A stretch of 32,000 bases of DNA from Copranaerobaculum intestinale (GCF_009831105.1 NZ_WUUQ01000001.1:840001-872000), one strand, 5' to 3'; shown: positions 8,335-17,062, counted from the first letter of the stretch. Numbers and translations are program-made. Notes: generated by a model from the letters alone, not told the origin.

Positions 8335-8372
8335 ATGTGAATATAAAACTTAATTTTTAAACATGTGAATAT
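8335..8372 (+). repeat. Two exact copies of ATGTGAATAT, 28 bp apart, just upstream of the 8434 ORF promoter
   Basis: Copies lie at 8335-8344 and 8363-8372, roughly -70 and -45 relative to the predicted TSS. Confidence 0.6.
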
Positions 8373-8398
8373 CAGGTCTTTTTTCATATAACCCGGAC

Positions 8399-8407
8399 TG
8401 GTATAAT
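8399..8407 (+). promoter_or_regulatory. Extended -10 promoter element (TGgTATAAT) for the 197-aa ORF (and probably msrA)
   Basis: TGGTATAAT lies 27 nt upstream of the ATG. The -35 position is only a T-run. SD GAGGGA is at 8423-8428. Confidence 0.55.
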
Positions 8408-8433
8408 ACATACAGAAAGTATGAGGGAAGCTT

Positions 8434-9027
8434 ATGAGACCGGTGATGACTCTAAAAGATTTTGAACGTGATCTGCATGATCGCCACGGCGATCATGATA
8501 AAAATGTGGTTGCGCTGATACTGGCTCCGTATAATCAACACGGAGTTAAACGCATTGTCGATCAGTACTATCATACGTGGCATCTGCAATGCGGCAGTGA
8601 TTTAGATATGTTCTGGATCGGCTATGGATCAATATTTGAAAAAAGTGACTACGTGATAAAATTGGAACTAGCGGAAGGCAATCCGGAAAATATCCATTTT
8701 GATTTAAACCGCTTCCTGGCTGGGGAAAGGGATATCAATACTCGCTGTCATTTCACCTATCATGAAGATTTTGAACTGCTGCTGTTTAATTATGAGCGTG
8801 GTCATGTGAATTACTATGACCACTTTCGAATTGACCTTCAATCCTCACTGCTTCATGAGCGGGATCTGCGGGAGCTGATTTCCATGATTATTGAATTTAC
8901 GAAGGATGGAAAAAGTATCACCCGCCTGAAAAATGAAATCAAACTGAAACTGAATTTAAAACGTCTGAAGAAAGTGAAAATCAAGGATTTGCTAGGCTAT
9001 CTGAAACAGGCTCAGATGCTGGGTTAA
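8434..9027 (+). CDS. Hypothetical protein, 197 aa, His-rich with a lysine-rich amphipathic C-terminal tail; no family recognised
   Basis: It has a good SD and its own promoter. 12 of the 197 residues are His. The C-terminus is RLKNEIKLKLNLKRLKKVKIKDLLGYLK. There is no TM helix or signal peptide. Only 32 nt and no terminator separate it from msrA. Confidence 0.75.
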   Translation: MRPVMTLKDFERDLHDRHGDHDKNVVALILAPYNQHGVKRIVDQYYHTWHLQCGSDLDMFWIGYGSIFEKSDYVIKLELAEGNPENIHFDLNRFLAGERDINTRCHFTYHEDFELLLFNYERGHVNYYDHFRIDLQSSLLHERDLRELISMIIEFTKDGKSITRLKNEIKLKLNLKRLKKVKIKDLLGYLKQAQMLG

Positions 9028-9059
9028 GCAATTGCCATACAGGCAAAAGGAGTGATTGT

Positions 9060-9542
9060 ATGCAGAAACATGTGATTTATTTGGCTGGAGGATGTTTTTG
9101 GGGTGTGGAAGAATATTTTTCTAGACTGCACGGAGTAACGGACACGGAAGTAGGTTACGCTAATGCCGATCAAAAAGGGGAGCTCACCTATGAGCTTGTT
9201 TGCCAAGGAACGACAAATGCCTGTGAAGCCGTAAAGGTAACATTTGATGATGAAAGCATATCTCTGCGGAAAGTATTAGACGCATATTTCAACGTGGTCG
9301 ATCCGACGCTTCACAATCGCCAGGGCAATGATCGGGGCGTTCAGTACCGTACCGGGATCTATTATGTGCATGATGAAGACCTCACGAAGATTCAGGCACG
9401 CATTGCACTGGAACAGCGTCGCTATCAAGCTCGTATCGTTACTGAGGTAATGCCGCTGATGAACTTTCAGCTGGCGGAAACATATCATCAGGATTATCTG
9501 AAAAAGAATCCGAATGGGTATTGCCATATTCGATTTGATTGA
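9060..9542 (+). CDS. msrA: Peptide-methionine (S)-S-oxide reductase
   Basis: It has the catalytic motif GGCFWG near the N-terminus, the C-terminal YHQDYL...NPNGYCH, a size of 160 aa, and SD AAAGGAG. Confidence 0.92.
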   Translation: MQKHVIYLAGGCFWGVEEYFSRLHGVTDTEVGYANADQKGELTYELVCQGTTNACEAVKVTFDDESISLRKVLDAYFNVVDPTLHNRQGNDRGVQYRTGIYYVHDEDLTKIQARIALEQRRYQARIVTEVMPLMNFQLAETYHQDYLKKNPNGYCHIRFD

Positions 9543-9620
9543 ATGTTAAGATTTTGTTAAAAAGGACAGCTTTTCTCGTAAAAAATCTATTTCATACTAT
9601 AATAGGAAAAGATGTGAGGT

Positions 9621-10262
9621 ATGGATATGGATATGATAGCGTTTATTTTACATATTGATCAATACATTCCCGCACTGATGGATCAGTTCGGGATTTTTAT
9701 CTATGCGGTATTATTTTTGATTCTGTTTTGTGAAACCGGTTTGGTTATCACCCCGTTTCTTCCAGGTGATTCCATTCTGTTTGCCTGCGGAGCGCTGTCT
9801 GTCAACGGAAATATTCAAGCAGTTCCGCTGCTGGCACTCTTCCTTGCGGCGGCAATACTGGGTGATGGCGTCAATTATATGATCGGCAGAAGGATTGGAG
9901 GTTATATGCTTACAGCTAATCATCGATTGATAAAGCCGGCTTACATTGAAAAAGCGCAGTCCTTCTATGACTTATATGGCGGAAAAGCAATCCTGCTGTC
10001 ACGGTTTATACCAGTCGTGCGAACCTTTGCTCCCTTTGTGGCCGGAATTGGAAAGATGCCGTATCGTCATTTTGCTGTATATAATATTTTGGGTGCGGTG
10101 ATTTGGGTGCCTTTGTTTCTGAGCTTGGGATACTGTTTTGGCAATCTTCCCTTTATGAAAAGTCATTTTACTTTTGTGGTTGCCGGTATTATCATGTTTT
10201 CATTCATCCCAGTGCTGCTGGAAGGATATCGTGCATATAAAAAGCGTAAAGCTTTGGCATAA
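9621..10262 (+). CDS. DedA/SNARE-associated family membrane protein
   Basis: 213 aa and multi-TM, with the DedA signature region ETGLVITPFLPGDSILFACGAL and ...GRRIG. The exact start among the tandem ATGs (9621/9627/9633) is uncertain. Confidence 0.85.
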   Translation: MDMDMIAFILHIDQYIPALMDQFGIFIYAVLFLILFCETGLVITPFLPGDSILFACGALSVNGNIQAVPLLALFLAAAILGDGVNYMIGRRIGGYMLTANHRLIKPAYIEKAQSFYDLYGGKAILLSRFIPVVRTFAPFVAGIGKMPYRHFAVYNILGAVIWVPLFLSLGYCFGNLPFMKSHFTFVVAGIIMFSFIPVLLEGYRAYKKRKALA

Positions 10263-10286
10263 GTAAAAATGTAAGCATTAGAAAAC

Positions 10287-10322
10287 AGAAGCATAATCGA
10301 AGCAGTGTATGCTTCTTTTTTT
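10287..10322 (+). terminator. Intrinsic terminator after the DedA gene
   Basis: The stem AGAAGCATA / TATGCTTCT is followed by T7. Confidence 0.8.
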
Positions 10323-10434
10323 CAGTTATTTTAAATTTCTTCAAAAGAAAATATTTCTATATGTGATTTAAGGATTTTTTCATAATTGACAAGTTATACT
10401 TGTATTATCCTATGAGAAAGAAAGGAATCAAATT

Positions 10435-12816
10435 ATGAATTTCCGAATATTACAAAGAGATATGATGAAAAGAAAAGGCGTCAATATGATCCTATTTCTA
10501 TTTATAACATTAGCTACGGTTTTTCTGGCAAGCAGTGTCAATAACATTCTTGTTGTCAATTCAGCTGTGGAATATTTTATTGATTATGCGAATGTGCCGG
10601 ATATCAATATTGTTATGAAATCGGAAACAGATACCGAAAAAATCAATGCCTGGCTTGATCAGCAGATACAAAAGGGAGCGATCGAGCGCTATCATTATCA
10701 GGCTTTGCGGACACTTTCTGAAAAAGCGGTGAGGATTTCCGCAAACGGTAAAGAAAAAAAGTTAGATACCAAAGGTGATTCACTTTATGTCGGTACGATA
10801 CCTGATGAATTCAATCAGGCATTTGATGAATCAGGCAAACGATTCACCTTAAAATCCGGTGAAATAGCGATGTCTGGATCGATGATGGAAAGAAATCATT
10901 TAAAGCTTGGCGATACCTTTTTGTTGAAGCTGGGAGATGAAACTAAGACTTTTCAGATCACGGTAAAAACCAAAGATGCGGCATTCGGCAATGAAATGGC
11001 AGGGATGAGCCGGTTTCTGGTGAATGATCGTGATTTCCGTGATATTTCCAAGAACACCTTGGGCATCGGTTTATATGATGTAGTATCCAAGGATGCCTTT
11101 GCTTTTACTCAGAAGCTGGATAACCAAGGATTTACCAGCATTGCCAATACGGTGACCAGGGACATGTATAGAAAGATATATTCCTTTGATATGATCATGG
11201 CGGGTCTTTTGATCCTGATCGGGGTATGCCTGATTTTGATTGCTTTACTGGTATTGCGTTTTACGCTTGTCTTTACTATTGAGGAGCAGTATCAGGAAAT
11301 CGGAATTTTAAAAGCAATCGGCTTACGCGATAATGCCATCAGAAAATTATACTTGGTGAAATATTTTGCGATCGTTATGGCTGGTGCTGTGCTGGGGCTC
11401 GGCATCAGTGTACCGGTCAGTACAATGATGATTGCCGGAATTAACAGCAATATGGTGATGGAAAACAGTTCGGCACATCTTGGAGTCAGTATATTGTGCG
11501 CAGTCTTTGTAGTTGTACTGGTGCTCGCTTTTTGTTATTTCTGTACTCGCCGTTTAAGTCGGGTTTCAGCGATTACAGCGATCCGCGGCGGTGATATCGG
11601 CGAGCGGTATCACAAACGGTATGGCTTGCTGCTGCACAAACGCAAGTATATGCCAGTCATCCTGTATTTAGGAAGCAATGACATTCTCAGTCATTTAAAG
11701 CGATATACAGTTTTGATCATTACATTTTGTATCAGCTTCATTTTGATCACCATTCCGCTGAATACATTAAACACAATGCGCAGCGATGAAATGGTGAAAA
11801 AATTCCTGTTAGATCCCAACAGCTCCGTATATGTTCGTCAGATCGAACTGGAATCCGAAGGAAAATATATGGATGTGAATGCCTTGAACGCGGGAATAGA
11901 TCGGCTTCAAAAGGAATTGAAAGCGGAAGGCTATGATGCAAAACTTCATGGAGAAGCAATTTTCTTCCTGCAGATTAAAGGCTTGGATGCTTCTCAAACT
12001 ATGAATTTGATGAGTGTGCAGATTTTGGATCAAAATGCTTCCTATGCGCAGTATTCTTCCGGCAGTGCCCCGAAGCTGGAAAATGAAATTGCATTCTCTG
12101 AATATATAATGAAGCATAAAGGATGGGAAATCGGAGATTATGTAACCGTGCTGATCAACGGAAAAGAACGTACCATGATCATTACCGGAACATACAGTGA
12201 TTACATGCAGCTGGGAAAAAGCGCCAGAGTGAATCCCAATATTGATTTAAGCCAGGAAATAATGTTCGATTACTGGACGATCATGGTGAATATGAAGACG
12301 GATATGACGCAGGAAGAAACTGCGGTGAAAATGCAAAAGCTGTTTCCTGATTATGAATGGATGAGTGCTCAGCAGCTAGTTGATTCCAATATCGGGGGTA
12401 TTCAGGATATTTTAGATGAATTATTATTGCCGATGACAGCGATGCTGTGTCTGGTGATCATGCTGATAACGCTTTTGATGGAAAAACTGTTTATCACGCG
12501 TGAAAAGGGAGAAATCGCGATGATGAAGAGTATCGGCTTCCGTTATTCAGCGATTCGAAGCTGGCAGATTATCCGCATGAGTTTAGTAGTGCTGACATCA
12601 ATGTTCATTTCCATCCCGCTGTCACTGTTAAGCAATCAGTTTCTGTTAAAGCCGATTTTTGCGATTATGGGAGCTGAGGTACAGATTCAGGTTGATGCAG
12701 TTCAGGCATACTTGTTGTATCCGGCAGGGTTATTGATCGGCATTATCCTGGCAACGATCCTTGCCACCCGCAGTATCAAATATGTCGATATCCGCGAAAT
12801 GAATAATTTGGAGTAG
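10435..12816 (+). CDS. ABC transporter permease, FtsX/MacB-like, double module (793 aa)
   Basis: It has an N-terminal TM helix, then an extracytoplasmic domain of about 200 aa, then a TM cluster, and the same arrangement repeats in the second half. The ATPase gene follows immediately downstream. Confidence 0.85.
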   Translation: MNFRILQRDMMKRKGVNMILFLFITLATVFLASSVNNILVVNSAVEYFIDYANVPDINIVMKSETDTEKINAWLDQQIQKGAIERYHYQALRTLSEKAVRISANGKEKKLDTKGDSLYVGTIPDEFNQAFDESGKRFTLKSGEIAMSGSMMERNHLKLGDTFLLKLGDETKTFQITVKTKDAAFGNEMAGMSRFLVNDRDFRDISKNTLGIGLYDVVSKDAFAFTQKLDNQGFTSIANTVTRDMYRKIYSFDMIMAGLLILIGVCLILIALLVLRFTLVFTIEEQYQEIGILKAIGLRDNAIRKLYLVKYFAIVMAGAVLGLGISVPVSTMMIAGINSNMVMENSSAHLGVSILCAVFVVVLVLAFCYFCTRRLSRVSAITAIRGGDIGERYHKRYGLLLHKRKYMPVILYLGSNDILSHLKRYTVLIITFCISFILITIPLNTLNTMRSDEMVKKFLLDPNSSVYVRQIELESEGKYMDVNALNAGIDRLQKELKAEGYDAKLHGEAIFFLQIKGLDASQTMNLMSVQILDQNASYAQYSSGSAPKLENEIAFSEYIMKHKGWEIGDYVTVLINGKERTMIITGTYSDYMQLGKSARVNPNIDLSQEIMFDYWTIMVNMKTDMTQEETAVKMQKLFPDYEWMSAQQLVDSNIGGIQDILDELLLPMTAMLCLVIMLITLLMEKLFITREKGEIAMMKSIGFRYSAIRSWQIIRMSLVVLTSMFISIPLSLLSNQFLLKPIFAIMGAEVQIQVDAVQAYLLYPAGLLIGIILATILATRSIKYVDIREMNNLE

Positions 12817-12824
12817 GAGGAAAT

Positions 12825-13598
12825 ATGATGGAAGCTTTGAATATAACCAATTTATGCAAAACCTATGTAGTCAATAAACGTTCTAATAATGTGCTGCGTA
12901 ATGTAAATCTGAAAATTGAACAGGGAGAAATGGTCGCGGTTATGGGGCCCAGCGGTTCTGGCAAAACGACACTGCTGTATACGATCAGCGGCATGGATCG
13001 GGCAACTGCCGGAAGTGTGGATTTCTTCGGACGTGAGCTGACCGATATGAAGGGAAACGAAATGAGTGATCTGCGTCTGCGGGAGATGGGATTTGTCTTT
13101 CAGCAGATGTATATGCTTAAAAATCTGTCAATATATGATAATATAGTTTTACCAGCCTATCAAGCCCAAGCAGGGCATCATAAAGCAGGCAGGGCGGATA
13201 TTTGTGAACGGGCTGTCATGCTGATGAAAAAACTGGGTATCAGCGAAGTGAGTGAGAATGCGGTAAACGAGGTGTCAGGCGGTCAGCTCCAGCGTGCCTG
13301 TATCTGCCGCAGTCTCATCAATCAGCCGAAAATCATATTTGCGGATGAGCCGACCGGAGCCCTGAATAAACAAAGCTCTGGAGAAGTGATGGATGAACTC
13401 AACCGTATTAATCATGAAGGTATGAGTATTCTGCTGGTTACCCACGATATGAAGGTAGCTTCACGCTGTGAACGTGTTTTATATATTGAAGATGGTACCA
13501 TTCGTGATGAGTTCGCGCTCGGCAAATGGGACATCACGCAGGATATGCGAGTGCGTGAGCGTAATTTGAATGACTGGCTGATTAAGCTTGGATGGTGA
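12825..13598 (+). CDS. ABC transporter ATP-binding protein (MacB/LolD-like)
   Basis: Motifs seen: Walker A GPSGSGKTT, signature VSGGQLQR, Walker B IIFADEPTGALN, and H-loop LLVTHD. SD GGAGG. Confidence 0.92.
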   Translation: MMEALNITNLCKTYVVNKRSNNVLRNVNLKIEQGEMVAVMGPSGSGKTTLLYTISGMDRATAGSVDFFGRELTDMKGNEMSDLRLREMGFVFQQMYMLKNLSIYDNIVLPAYQAQAGHHKAGRADICERAVMLMKKLGISEVSENAVNEVSGGQLQRACICRSLINQPKIIFADEPTGALNKQSSGEVMDELNRINHEGMSILLVTHDMKVASRCERVLYIEDGTIRDEFALGKWDITQDMRVRERNLNDWLIKLGW

Positions 13599-13602
13599 TA
13601 CT

Positions 13603-14280
13603 GTGATTGATATCCTACTGATTGAAGATCATGTCGAACTTGCGAATCTCATCGATGCCTTTCTGAAAAAGAAGGGCTTTTCGCTTTGGCATGCCGCAGA
13701 TGCGGAATCAGCCTTGGACTGGCTGAAGGATCATGATGTGCAGATCATCCTGCTGGATATTACCTTGCCGAATATGGATGGCTTCGGTTTTTGTAAAGCG
13801 CTGCGGTCAACATCGGATGTACCGATCATGATTCTATCAGCTCGCTGTGACAAAGGTGATAAACTGCTCGGCTATGAACTGGGAGCAGATGATTACATGG
13901 AGAAGCCGATCGATCCGGATTTATTAACTGCGAAAATAAATGCGCTGCTGTTTCGCTTCAATACGAAGCATTCCGGCAAACCGATTCATTCGGGGGCATT
14001 GTGCATTGATTCTGCGGCACATAAGGTATCCTTTCATCAGCAGCCGCTGGAACTGAATGTCAAAGAATTTGAACTGCTGCTTCTGTTTGTGCGAAATCCC
14101 GGTAAGACCCTGCATAAAGAATATCTGTTTAATCAGATATGGGGTGCAGACAGTGACAGTGAAAATCAGACCTTGACCGTGCACATCAAAATGCTGCGGT
14201 CGAAAATCGAGGAAAACCCTCGCCAGCCGCAGCGTATCCGCACGGTTTGGGGAGTCGGATACCGTTATGAAGAGGTTTAA
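13603..14280 (+). CDS. OmpR/PhoB-family response regulator
   Basis: It has a receiver domain (ILLIEDH..., LLDITLP with the phospho-Asp, K in MEKP) and a winged-helix C-terminus (TVHIKMLRSKIE..., RTVWGVGYRY). The start is set at GTG 13603 after GGATGGTGA. The ORF track uses TTG 13588, so the start is uncertain by 5 codons. Confidence 0.88.
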   Translation: MIDILLIEDHVELANLIDAFLKKKGFSLWHAADAESALDWLKDHDVQIILLDITLPNMDGFGFCKALRSTSDVPIMILSARCDKGDKLLGYELGADDYMEKPIDPDLLTAKINALLFRFNTKHSGKPIHSGALCIDSAAHKVSFHQQPLELNVKEFELLLLFVRNPGKTLHKEYLFNQIWGADSDSENQTLTVHIKMLRSKIEENPRQPQRIRTVWGVGYRYEEV

Positions 14281-15538
14281 ATTTATCATAGGCTTTACGA
14301 TCGTACTGTATGCGGTGCTGGCAACTGCCGTTTATCTGTTCGTGCAGGGGATCAGGGAACAACGCAGCAATGCTCACCATACAGATATTAACCGCATTAT
14401 GGGGCAGCTGATAGAATCAAAATCAGTCGAGGATGTGAATTTACAGGAGTATGAGACGATCAAGCAGATAACATTCCTGGAAGCCGAAGATCGCGACCCT
14501 GCCCGGCTGAGATCTTTTTATCAGGAGGGTAATCAAAATAGCTATGTGATACAGCCCTGGTATCAGGATCATCAGCTGCGCGGCTATTTGAAATTCATCT
14601 ATCGGCCGCAGCATTTTTCGCTGACCAATTTTCTGATCCTTTCAGAAGGCTTGCTGGCATTGATTGAAGGTTTGGTGCTTTTGCTTTTGTGGTATTTGAA
14701 AAAACATATTCTTACGCCGTTTCAGCAGCTCAGTGATCTGCCTCAGCAAATGGTGCACGGACATTACAAGGGGGAAATCAAAACGGAAAAAAGCCGCTAT
14801 TTCCGACAGTATCTATGGGGTATGGGACAGCTGAAGGATGAACTTGAGGTATCGCGGAAACGGCAATATGAACTCATGAAGGAAAAAAAACAAATGCTGC
14901 TGTCGCTGTCACATGATATCAAAACCCCTTTAAATCTGATTAAGCTCTATTCAAAGGGAGTGGAGGAAGCGGTATTCGATGAAGCTGCCAGTCGCAAAGC
15001 AATGGTTCAGATTAATACAAAATGTAATGAAATAGAGCGTTACGTAGATGCGATAATGCAGTCCTCTCGTGAGGATATTCTGGATATCGCGGTGGATAAC
15101 AGTGAATTTTACCTAAAGGAGCTATTAGAAAATACCCTTTCTGTATACCTTGATCAATGTCAAAAACGAAATCTTACTTGGATCATGGATCCTTATCAAA
15201 ACTGCCTGCTGAAAGGGGATCTTCACCGTGCGCAGGAGGTGCTGGAGAATCTGTTAGAGAATGCTTTGAAATATGGAGACGGCCGCCAGATACACATGTC
15301 TTTTCGCGAAGAGGATTACTGTCAGCTGATCTGTGTATTTAACACCGGAGCGGTCGTCGAGGATCAGGAGCTGAATCACCTTTTTGACAGCTTTTATCGC
15401 GGTGCTAATGCACAGGGCAAGGCGGGCAGTGGACTTGGTTTATATATTTGTCGTCAACTGATGCGTAAAATGGACGGTGATATATTTCTGGAAAAACGGC
15501 TGGATGGAATGGCATTCACAATGGTTTTTCGTTTTTGA
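14267..15538 (+). CDS. Sensor histidine kinase (two TM helices flanking an extracytoplasmic loop of about 95 aa)
   Basis: Motifs seen: H-box LSLSHDIKTPLN, N-box LENALKYG, G-box GSGLGLYICRQL. It overlaps the RR gene by 14 nt. Confidence 0.88.
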   Translation: MKRFKFIIGFTIVLYAVLATAVYLFVQGIREQRSNAHHTDINRIMGQLIESKSVEDVNLQEYETIKQITFLEAEDRDPARLRSFYQEGNQNSYVIQPWYQDHQLRGYLKFIYRPQHFSLTNFLILSEGLLALIEGLVLLLLWYLKKHILTPFQQLSDLPQQMVHGHYKGEIKTEKSRYFRQYLWGMGQLKDELEVSRKRQYELMKEKKQMLLSLSHDIKTPLNLIKLYSKGVEEAVFDEAASRKAMVQINTKCNEIERYVDAIMQSSREDILDIAVDNSEFYLKELLENTLSVYLDQCQKRNLTWIMDPYQNCLLKGDLHRAQEVLENLLENALKYGDGRQIHMSFREEDYCQLICVFNTGAVVEDQELNHLFDSFYRGANAQGKAGSGLGLYICRQLMRKMDGDIFLEKRLDGMAFTMVFRF

Positions 15539-15671
15539 CGATAACCGAGCATATGCCGGCATGACATAAAGCTGCCATTGCGCATGTGCTTTTTGCTTGT
15601 CATGTTTAAGCGGTCAATCCTAATGCTAGATAATGTCGTATATGATTACAATGTTTGTGAATGAAGCTTAT

Positions 15672-15683
15672 TGAAGTACTTCA
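15672..15683. repeat. Perfect 12-bp palindrome TGAAGTACTTCA in the kinase-iadA intergenic region
   Basis: Read directly from the sequence. A further ATGAAG half-site lies at 15661-15666. Confidence 0.6.
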
Positions 15684-15708
15684 TCAAAAGGTTATATTGA
15701 TGCAGCCC

Positions 15709-15739
15709 AAATTATATTGTTAAGACAACAATATAATTT
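15709..15739. repeat. Perfect 13-bp inverted repeat AAATTATATTGTT-N5-AACAATATAATTT
   Basis: Read directly from the sequence. It lies in the 387-bp non-coding gap upstream of iadA. Confidence 0.7.
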
Positions 15740-15925
15740 GAATGCCTGTTTACAAACATATTGAATTAATAATGAGTTTATCACGGATCCGCGAAAATCA
15801 TAGATATTTGTAAGCGGTTTCGATAAATCATCTCAAATGCATGATATATGCGTGCTTTTCCATTCTGCGCATGATACAATCAAATCAGTAATTGTAATAA
15901 GCAAAGATAAAGGAGCGAAACTGAT

Positions 15926-17062
15926 ATGATTCTGATTCAACAAGTGCATGTATATGCACCACAGGATTTAGGCATCAAAGACGTATTGCTGGCAGGAACA
16001 AAAATCGAGCGAATTGCCGATCATATGGAAATTGCGGGAGCTGAAATTATCGACGGACGGGGTAAATCATTAACGCCCGGATTCATCGATCAGCATGTGC
16101 ACATCACCGGTGGCGGCGGTGAAGGAAGCTTCCATACCAAAGCACCGGAAGTAAAGCTGAGCGAGCTGTTAAAGGGCGGTATTACAACCGTACTGGGCCT
16201 GCTTGGTACAGATGGGTTTTCCCGGAATGTGGAGAATTTGGTTGCGAAAGCCAAAGCGCTGAAGGAAGAGGGAATCAGTGCGTATACACTGACCGGTTCT
16301 TATACCTATCCAAGTGTAACCCTGAGCGGTGATATTAAAAAAGATATCATGTTTATTGATGAAATGCTGGGTGTTAAACTGGCAATTTCCGATCATCGAT
16401 CTTCCCAGATCACCCTTGCCGAATTGAACCATATAGCATCAGATGCCCGCGTTGCCGGCATGCTGAGCGGCAAGCCCGGCTTTGTGACCCTGCATATGGG
16501 AGATGATCACGCAGCGCTAAGTATGGTGCGCGAAAGTGTTAACACGACAACCATACCGATTACCAGCTTCCGTCCGACTCATGTTAACCGCAATCCATAT
16601 TTATATGAAGAATCGCTGGGCTTTCTGGAGATGGGCGGTTATATTGATCTTACCTGTGCCTTACCGGGAGATGATCCCTGTGCGGAATTTGTAAAACAGG
16701 CGCTTGATCGCGGCATTGATACGCGGCGTATGACGATCAGCTCGGATGGTCAGGGCTCATATTCAGACTATGATGAAGATGGCAATCTGACAAAAATCGG
16801 TGTTGCCAGTGTCGCGGCCATGCTGGAGGAATTTCAAATCATGGTACGGCAATATCACTTTCCGATGGAACTGGCTTTGACATATATGACATCCAATGTA
16901 GCGGAAGCTCTTGCGATTCAGAATCTGAAGGGTTATCTGAAAGCGGGATGGGACGCGGACGCACTCTTGTTTGATGAACAACTGGAGCTGGACAGCGTGT
17001 TTGCCAAAGGGCGTCAAATGATGAAAAATCATGAAGTCCTCATAAAAGGAACCTTTGAGTGA
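15926..17062 (+). CDS. iadA: Isoaspartyl (beta-aspartyl) dipeptidase
   Basis: 378 aa with amidohydrolase-fold motifs: GFIDQHVHITGGGGEGSF, ISDHRSS, HMGD, and PTHVNRN. SD AAAGGAG. Confidence 0.85.
   Translation: MILIQQVHVYAPQDLGIKDVLLAGTKIERIADHMEIAGAEIIDGRGKSLTPGFIDQHVHITGGGGEGSFHTKAPEVKLSELLKGGITTVLGLLGTDGFSRNVENLVAKAKALKEEGISAYTLTGSYTYPSVTLSGDIKKDIMFIDEMLGVKLAISDHRSSQITLAELNHIASDARVAGMLSGKPGFVTLHMGDDHAALSMVRESVNTTTIPITSFRPTHVNRNPYLYEESLGFLEMGGYIDLTCALPGDDPCAEFVKQALDRGIDTRRMTISSDGQGSYSDYDEDGNLTKIGVASVAAMLEEFQIMVRQYHFPMELALTYMTSNVAEALAIQNLKGYLKAGWDADALLFDEQLELDSVFAKGRQMMKNHEVLIKGTFE

Noticed and set aside
15709-15739. Considered the 13-bp inverted repeat as a dif/Xer site or a phage att core
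   Set aside because: It does not match the firmicute dif half-sites as I recall them (…TTATGTAAA…-type XerD arm and 6-bp central region). No recombinase gene is nearby. It is kept only as an unexplained palindrome.
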